A stretch of 64,000 nucleotides of DNA from positions 62,001 through 126,000 of IMG/VR virus record IMGVR_UViG_3300005289_000052; one strand, 5' to 3'. Positions within the stretch are counted from its first letter, which is position 1; the number at the start of each line of letters is the position of its first letter. The translations under genes and the position numbers were made by a program. Under the pieces are notes generated by a model. It worked only from the letters and a program-made list of their open reading frames with translations, had not been told where the DNA came from and did no database searches. This document shows, in pieces, positions 57,911-64,000 of this stretch.

Positions 57911-58792
57911 ATGCCAGGATACATGCAGGAATCGAAACTTAACCTCCTCAACCACATCAATGCCAAGAACGCCACCACGTTCGCCCTGACCGATTTGGAC
58001 TTCAGTGCACCTTCGGTTATCAACGGTACGTGGCGTGGGGTGGCTAATCCACACAACACCGCTGTGCGTTTGACAGCCTCAGCGACCAGTATCTTCCAAG
58101 GTACTGTAGTGATCACGTACGACCGGCTTGAACTCAAAGAGATCATCAAGATCCCTGGGTTCACCTTACGTGCCGACCACCCAGCCACCGCCTACGAGTT
58201 GCTTGATACTCTCGCCAACTACAATGGTTTGAACTTCACCACTGACGATATCGAAGACAGTCCGGTGACTGATAACGGCGACGGGACCTACACCGTAACG
58301 TTGACCGCCAAGCCAGGTTCGTACGGTTGGGTGGGTAGTGTGACGATCTCGAACTTCGGACAAGGTGGTGCGCCACTGGACCGCGTGCTTTCGGGTAACG
58401 ACATGCCAGGTCTGAACTACCCGACTTCATCTGATGGCGACGTTTACGGTGCGCTGTATCTGTACCCGTACGACTTCACCGGCTCTTACGATCTGCTACT
58501 GGATCTCGAAGAAGGGGTTCCGTTGACCGCCCAACAAGCGGGTGATTTGGCTAACGCCATTAATCTGTTGGATGTGTCCACTGGCGCTGGTGCTTGGAAC
58601 GCTTCGGCTGAACAAGCTGAGTGGTCTCTAGAAGGTGCGGTCCCGTATCACAACGGACTCAACACCCCTGAGCTGTTGACCAACTCCAGTTACAAATACG
58701 CCCTGTTGTTGGATCTGCGTCCAGGCGTCACCTTACCGAAAGGTCGGATGGCTCTGCACTACAACGATCCGATCGATAGCGGTTCTGTCTGA
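57911..58792 (+). CDS. Virion/tail protein, paralog family A
   Basis: LLNHINAKN, FQGTVVITYDRLEL, SYGWVG, MPGLNYP, MALHYN. Confidence 0.7.
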   Translation: MPGYMQESKLNLLNHINAKNATTFALTDLDFSAPSVINGTWRGVANPHNTAVRLTASATSIFQGTVVITYDRLELKEIIKIPGFTLRADHPATAYELLDTLANYNGLNFTTDDIEDSPVTDNGDGTYTVTLTAKPGSYGWVGSVTISNFGQGGAPLDRVLSGNDMPGLNYPTSSDGDVYGALYLYPYDFTGSYDLLLDLEEGVPLTAQQAGDLANAINLLDVSTGAGAWNASAEQAEWSLEGAVPYHNGLNTPELLTNSSYKYALLLDLRPGVTLPKGRMALHYNDPIDSGSV

Positions 58793-58826
58793 CGCAAGGG
58801 CCTACGGGCCCAATTAGGAGATCCCT

Positions 58827-59855
58827 ATGTTAAGGGCTGCTATTGGTTTTGAACACTGCGCCAGAAACGTGGTGGATACGTGGATGGCACAGTCTGGGTT
58901 GGCAATTTCTCGCCATCCAACTTACCCAACTTACGGTAAGGGCCTCATTGTCGACAGCAATGGTTGGCTCTCTGTACCAGAGGGAGCCTCCCCGGCGAGC
59001 GATTCATTTGTGTTCATGGACCTTCGTCCATTCATGGATACTTCTGGTCGAGCTACCATGATTTGTTTTGGGTACCGGGCCAAGTTGGTCAAAGCGGGCG
59101 TTGCTGGGCTCAGTAACCTTTCTCTGTGGATGGCACACGGTAGTACTCGTGCATCTCACGCTGTGGCAACCTTTGCAAACATGTTTCCCGCAGGCTCCCC
59201 TGAGGGGACTGAGTGTTTGGTAGAGATTGTCCTAGATTTAAATGCAGGACAGCGTTACACCTACGTCAATGGTGTAATGTTGGGGGCGACGGCTTATGCT
59301 GGTTTGGCCAGCGCTTCACTGAAGACCGGTGACTTTGCTGTCTTCATGAGTCCTTGTGTGTCTAACACCTCTGCTGTAGTGGCGACTCGTGATTTCTGGA
59401 TCACCGATGACCTGCCAGGTGATGGTATGATTGGTCGTTTGGGTGATATGAAAGTGCGACCTTTAACACTGGCGTCTGCTTTTGGCAATGGTTGGTCTGC
59501 CTCCGATGGTGGGACTTTGATAGCGGCCTTATCGGCACCTTCAGATAAAGTTAACCCGGCCGTTGTGAATTCTGCAATCGGTGCTGGGACCTTAGACCTG
59601 AGGTTCTCCTCGGCGCTCCCAAGTGAAGAAGCCGTGGCTGCCGTACAATTCTTCCTTAACGGTAAGGGTAGTACCATGACTGCTGTTGCCGATGTGTCCA
59701 TGGAACGCGGCGGTGTTAAGTCGCCTAAACAACGTCTCCAATTAGACACTGTACAGAAGGCTCGTGCCCTGCGGCCTTGGCCTTTGGCTCCAGATGGAAG
59801 CCCTTGGTCAAACGTTAAGTTGGCCGAGACCACGATCAAAATCACTCCTGAGTAA
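58827..59855 (+). CDS. Virion/tail protein, paralog family B (beta-rich, lectin/ConA-like guess)
   Basis: MLRAAIGFEH; D.W..D...GRLG..KV; APDGSPWS. Confidence 0.6.
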   Translation: MLRAAIGFEHCARNVVDTWMAQSGLAISRHPTYPTYGKGLIVDSNGWLSVPEGASPASDSFVFMDLRPFMDTSGRATMICFGYRAKLVKAGVAGLSNLSLWMAHGSTRASHAVATFANMFPAGSPEGTECLVEIVLDLNAGQRYTYVNGVMLGATAYAGLASASLKTGDFAVFMSPCVSNTSAVVATRDFWITDDLPGDGMIGRLGDMKVRPLTLASAFGNGWSASDGGTLIAALSAPSDKVNPAVVNSAIGAGTLDLRFSSALPSEEAVAAVQFFLNGKGSTMTAVADVSMERGGVKSPKQRLQLDTVQKARALRPWPLAPDGSPWSNVKLAETTIKITPE

Positions 59856-59861
59856 TTGTCG

Positions 59862-60863
59862 ATGACCACTATCCGTAGCTTCCCAGCATACGCGATGAGT
59901 CGGTCTACTGGACGGACGCAGGCACGTAGTGTCCTTGGGTATGCTCTCTTAGATGCCAATGGAAACCCACTGCGTCCAGCCGGTGACACTGACTACCGCA
60001 AACCTGAGCAGGAGTTGCTCAAAGAACTGATCGTGCGTGCTAACCCTGAGGCATTCACGAACATTGACCCTAATCAAATTGCCTACGAATCCCCGGTTGC
60101 AGATCCGTACACCCGAGGTTACGAGGCAAACACCACCATCATTGCCAAAGCAGCCCCCAACGCATTGGACGTGATCGGTCGACAAACCTTGCGCTATCGG
60201 CGCATTGATCTGTCTAAGCTGTTCCGCTACCAGACCATCGAGTTGACTCGCTACAGTAACACTAACTCGTTGCCTTGGGCTGAGGTCAAAGAGCTTCTGT
60301 TGAAGCAACACGGTATCAACGTTGCCGATAACACGTTTACAGCTCGCGCGTTATCTCCAGACCTTGGGGTTACGTTAACTGCTCTAGCGGGATCTCTTTG
60401 CTACACCGGTTCTATCACAGTTGTCTGGCGTAAGGGCAAACGTGAGATTAGCGAGATGTTCCCAACGCCAGTGTTGGATGGACGAGTCTGGCCTGAGGGC
60501 TTGATTCAATTTGGCGACAACTACAAACCGCAAGGTGAGTACTTCGCCTACGACACCGATTTCACCGACACCATGGCCTCTTCGTTTAACTCATGGGGTG
60601 TGAATCAGATGGCGACCGGGGTTGCTGAGCTGAATAAGTTGGCTGGGGTGCTGAACAACATTCTCCCCGAGTACAACTGGAACAGCGAAGATTCTAACTC
60701 CGTCAAAGGCGGGTTGGCTAACCTGATGTTGTATCGTTACGCCTTACCCAACGCCGCCGTTCCAGAAGCCAACAGCAGTATGTTCAACCGAGTCATGGTG
60801 ATGCAAGCCGCAAGCGATTCGTGTTGGTTTTACGGTAAACTGTTGTTCCACTACAGGGCTTAA
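59862..60863 (+). CDS. Virion/tail protein, paralog family A with N-terminal IRSFPAYA segment
   Basis: ANT, GRQTLRYRRIDL, SLCYTG, LDGRVWP, LLFHY. Confidence 0.7.
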   Translation: MTTIRSFPAYAMSRSTGRTQARSVLGYALLDANGNPLRPAGDTDYRKPEQELLKELIVRANPEAFTNIDPNQIAYESPVADPYTRGYEANTTIIAKAAPNALDVIGRQTLRYRRIDLSKLFRYQTIELTRYSNTNSLPWAEVKELLLKQHGINVADNTFTARALSPDLGVTLTALAGSLCYTGSITVVWRKGKREISEMFPTPVLDGRVWPEGLIQFGDNYKPQGEYFAYDTDFTDTMASSFNSWGVNQMATGVAELNKLAGVLNNILPEYNWNSEDSNSVKGGLANLMLYRYALPNAAVPEANSSMFNRVMVMQAASDSCWFYGKLLFHYRA

Positions 60864-60866
60864 CTC

Positions 60867-61358
60867 ATGTCTATCTATATTGATGCAAGGTTAGACGTGC
60901 TGGCGTGGGTCAACAGAAAGGCAGGTACCAAGTTAGGTATCAATGATGTGATCTTCAGTAAACCCATTGTTAACCCTGATGTTGGGGCTACAAAGAACTC
61001 GAAGATTCGTCTGACTATGCGTCCAGAAGCCGCAGGCTTTAAAGGGACCGTGGTTCTGTCTTACGACCGACTCAGCCTAGCGAATCTTGCCAATTACCCA
61101 AAACCCAAGTACCCTCCTCAAGCAAGTGTGGGTGCTTCGGTATATACGTTACTGACTAAGCTTCGTAGTTCTTACGGGGTTTGGTTGACCCAGGATGATC
61201 TTGAAGAAACATTCGTTACCGATAACGGCGCCTACGGTCAAGTGATCCTTAAAGCAAAGGCTGAGTCGGTGGGTTGGGTCGGTGAGTACGTGTTGGTGTT
61301 GTCTGACAAAGTGCCACTGGCAGCACTGTTCAAAACTGTTTCTATTAACTGGAGTTAA
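60867..61358 (+). CDS. Paralog family A, N-domain only
   Basis: VLAWVNRK, FKGTVVLSYDRLSL, SVGWVG; stops at linker. Confidence 0.7.
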   Translation: MSIYIDARLDVLAWVNRKAGTKLGINDVIFSKPIVNPDVGATKNSKIRLTMRPEAAGFKGTVVLSYDRLSLANLANYPKPKYPPQASVGASVYTLLTKLRSSYGVWLTQDDLEETFVTDNGAYGQVILKAKAESVGWVGEYVLVLSDKVPLAALFKTVSINWS

Positions 61359-61362
61359 GACC

Positions 61363-61713
61363 ATGCCTATCGTTGACGCATACTGGGCTACGTATTTCTT
61401 CCGTCTGGCTCTGACTGGTTACGACGATATCCTCGCCGATTTCAAAACCGGCGACATCATCACACCAGAAAGTGGCGAACTGCTCGCCATGGCTCTGAAC
61501 GAGAAGGACAAGAAGGAAGGTAAAGGTCTGTGGCACAGCGAAGTCGAGTTACCTGAATGGTCTCTCAACGGTTGCTTTGTGTTCTTCCACGGTGATAACA
61601 ACACCGGCTTACCGACCAAAGGTAACATGCAAAAAGTTCTGATCCTTGACTTCCCTGAGGATTCTGTTAAACCCGTAGGTCGGATCTTTCTGACCTACAA
61701 CGTCGGGGGTTGA
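61363..61713 (+). CDS. Paralog family A, C-domain only
   Basis: GGAG RBS; aligns by eye with the C-half of 57911-58792 (EWSL.G, L.LD, GR..L.YN). Confidence 0.65.
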   Translation: MPIVDAYWATYFFRLALTGYDDILADFKTGDIITPESGELLAMALNEKDKKEGKGLWHSEVELPEWSLNGCFVFFHGDNNTGLPTKGNMQKVLILDFPEDSVKPVGRIFLTYNVGG

Positions 61714-61715
61714 TC

Positions 61716-62771
61716 ATGGCACTTCGAGCTATTGAACCTTTCCAGAATCTGTCTCACCCTTACAGTGGGACTTTCCACGCCTACGGTCCGATTCTATCGG
61801 GGTGGAGCCTTCCTTATCTGGGTTACTCCGGTGATACCAACAATTATCCACGTGTACTCGATATCAGCAAAGTGGACGATTGGCTGTTACTGAGCAGCAC
61901 TGGATCTGTTTCCGGTGGTCGTCAAGTTGGGTTGGGTCGTAAGTTTGTTGATTTCGACGTTAACATCAAAGCTGACTCAGTCATCTATGGTGGCGTGCGG
62001 ATGAAATTCGCACGTAGCATTCCAAACGTGTTGGTTTACACTTCTGGGTCTGGTGCTCAAGCTATCGTTTCTTCTTCCCAAGTTCCAGGCGGGGTTGTGG
62101 CGGGAGTTGAGTATTACATCGAATGGTGCATTGACATGCCTAACGGAATGTACAGAGCGCGTATTGATGGTGTAGAGGTGACACCCGTTGCGATTGGTGC
62201 TAGCGTTAAGACCTACCTGCTCCAGGGCGTTCAGTATTTGATGTACGGTAGCTGGAATACGACCGTCAGCGCAGCAGTCGACATCTATCTTCGAGATGGT
62301 TACGTTCTCGAGAAAACACCCGACGGATTGATGAGTAGTTGGTTGGGTCCACAGCGTGTTCGTCGTCTTCCAGTAGCGGAGTTTGTAGCTCCTTGGGCAG
62401 CCAGCAATGGTGCGGAACCCAAAGATGTTCTGAACACCCCAGTCACGACTGCTGCTAACCGCTTAACTCCGGTGGTTATTTCGGACAGCGACGTGACAGA
62501 AGCAATCGTAAAGTTTGACACCTCTGTCATTCAAGGGAAAATCAATGGGGTGTCGATCAACACCTCTGCCACCAAACCAGGCGGTAAAGTTGGCAACGTG
62601 GAGCTAGTTTTGTCTTCGGCTGGAGTAGACGGTGCTAAGACCACTATCGTCCCAACCACTGAGATGTTGATGTTCAGTCGCATCGGTCTTTCATCCAAGG
62701 CACCAAACGGTAGTGCGTGGACTGCTGAGAACCTTGCCGCCGCCACTCTAAAACTCAAACCGGTAAACTAA
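61716..62771 (+). CDS. Virion/tail protein, paralog family B
   Basis: MALRAIEPF; RDGY..E...WLG..RV; APNGSAWT. Confidence 0.6.
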   Translation: MALRAIEPFQNLSHPYSGTFHAYGPILSGWSLPYLGYSGDTNNYPRVLDISKVDDWLLLSSTGSVSGGRQVGLGRKFVDFDVNIKADSVIYGGVRMKFARSIPNVLVYTSGSGAQAIVSSSQVPGGVVAGVEYYIEWCIDMPNGMYRARIDGVEVTPVAIGASVKTYLLQGVQYLMYGSWNTTVSAAVDIYLRDGYVLEKTPDGLMSSWLGPQRVRRLPVAEFVAPWAASNGAEPKDVLNTPVTTAANRLTPVVISDSDVTEAIVKFDTSVIQGKINGVSINTSATKPGGKVGNVELVLSSAGVDGAKTTIVPTTEMLMFSRIGLSSKAPNGSAWTAENLAAATLKLKPVN

Positions 62772-62781
62772 GGGGTTTATA

Positions 62782-63885
62782 ATGAAAGACCTTAAACCCA
62801 TTGGGGTTGAGCATTTACAAAACGGTCAATCGGTTGCTAGTTTACAGACTGGGCGAGGTTTGTTCGCTATCTGGGACATGGATACCATCAAGACCAACAG
62901 CGCATACATGCCACTGGGTTTGTTCGTTCAAGGTAACCAGGTGCGCTACGGTTTAGGGAATGATGCGACTGGTGGTTCTGCCAATGGGATGGTGCAGATT
63001 GGTAACTTGGGTATGTGGGGAGACCGTTCCGACTTCCGGGTCTGTGTTTTTGGTTTCCGCTATAAACCTGGCAACAAATCCGGCATCGCCCAATTCGGCG
63101 TTAGGTTGGCACGGTTAACCGCTGACCAATCGGCAAACCCAGACAACATACTGCTCAGTATCCCAGCGAATTCGCCAGAAGGCTATTACGAAATCGTAAT
63201 TCGCCCTTACCTTAACACTGGTACGACTTACGGGGCGTCGGTCTACAAGGACGGTGATCTGATCAGTACGCCTGGTATTGTTTATACGCTTAATGCGTCC
63301 AGCTTTAAAAACGCATTCTTCTGCATCGGGTCTGCGGTCACTACTATGATGTCTTCAGCCAGCGCGTTGGCTGGCGACTACACATTCTCGATGGAAGACA
63401 TGTATACTGCATGGTCGAACGTCGGCGATGAAGATATTCGTCTGGGTCCAATCCGAATCAAACGCATTCCGTATGTATCGGTAGATCCTAGTGCCTGGAC
63501 TGCTGTGGGTGGTAAAACACCGAAAGATATTCTGAACTTGTCGGGTAATGGTGGTGCCCTTCGCACGGACTATCTGACTAACGACCCGGCCAATAGTTCG
63601 ATCAAATGTAAACTGGACGTCAGTGTACTTAAAGATATTGATCGTGTGGTAGCGTTAGGAGTCTCCTCTTCCGCTTGGCGGGATGGCGGGACGGTAGGTA
63701 GTCTGGGGGTTAAATGGAAACACCCTGATGGCGAAACTCTCCCTACTACCCATTCCCCGACTACTGGAATTTACCGTACTCAATTCGATGTCCTCAATCC
63801 GACGTTGATCACTACTCCGGGTGGGGCGGCTCTGACGAAGACTTCATTGGCTGCGTTGGAGTTGGTGGTCACCCCAAGCGCGTAG
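62782..63885 (+). CDS. Virion/tail protein, paralog family B
   Basis: IGVEH; EDMY...RLG..RI; TPGGAALT..SLA. Confidence 0.6.
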   Translation: MKDLKPIGVEHLQNGQSVASLQTGRGLFAIWDMDTIKTNSAYMPLGLFVQGNQVRYGLGNDATGGSANGMVQIGNLGMWGDRSDFRVCVFGFRYKPGNKSGIAQFGVRLARLTADQSANPDNILLSIPANSPEGYYEIVIRPYLNTGTTYGASVYKDGDLISTPGIVYTLNASSFKNAFFCIGSAVTTMMSSASALAGDYTFSMEDMYTAWSNVGDEDIRLGPIRIKRIPYVSVDPSAWTAVGGKTPKDILNLSGNGGALRTDYLTNDPANSSIKCKLDVSVLKDIDRVVALGVSSSAWRDGGTVGSLGVKWKHPDGETLPTTHSPTTGIYRTQFDVLNPTLITTPGGAALTKTSLAALELVVTPSA

Positions 63886-63892
63886 GTGAACT

Positions 63893-64000
63893 ATGTCATT
63901 CAATCTTCGTAATGCTCCGACATACGCGGTCACCACAGAGCCTCAGCGCATTAACCTGCGCAACGCACCTGTGTACGCAGTTACCAAAGATGCTCCTGGG
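63893..64000 (+). CDS. Partial CDS (runs off window) with duplicated NLRNAP.YAVT motif
   Basis: MSFNLRNAPTYAVTTEPQRINLRNAPVYAVTKDAPG. Confidence 0.6.
   Translation, partial: MSFNLRNAPTYAVTTEPQRINLRNAPVYAVTKDAPG

Noticed and set aside
53889-63885. DNA-level direct repeats or invertible segments driving tail-gene shuffling
   Set aside because: Paralogy is visible only at protein level; no long nucleotide repeats or nearby recombinase were seen

Overview
Gene-dense, 64-kb segment of a phiKZ-like jumbo phage (likely Chimalliviridae). The host is probably Pseudomonas, judged from a dCTP deaminase core that is nearly host-like. Left end: major capsid protein, divergent from a phiKZ gp118-type DnaB helicase. 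Middle (about 4.5-53.8 kb, mostly minus strand): early/accessory genes rich in nucleotide and NAD metabolism. These include DHFR, a DHH phosphoesterase, NAD-dependent DNA ligase, class Ia NrdAB (plus strand), ThyA, a Nudix fusion, a PRPP-synthetase-like + Nampt-like pair (NARP1 architecture), a SLOG protein and Dcd with a MazG-like partner. The same block carries a lipoprotein + glutathionylspermidine-synthase-like ATP-grasp operon, an orphan TAXI solute-binding protein, a probably inactive prohead-protease paralog and many orphans. Right end (53.9-64 kb, plus strand): an array of paralogous virion/tail proteins from two families, including an apparently split member. Regulatory grammar is visible in the sequence: repeated TATATTAC-like early promoters and intrinsic terminators flanked by TATG motifs in both orientations. 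I saw no tRNA, rRNA, CRISPR array or transposase. All family assignments come from motifs recognised by eye, not from database searches.
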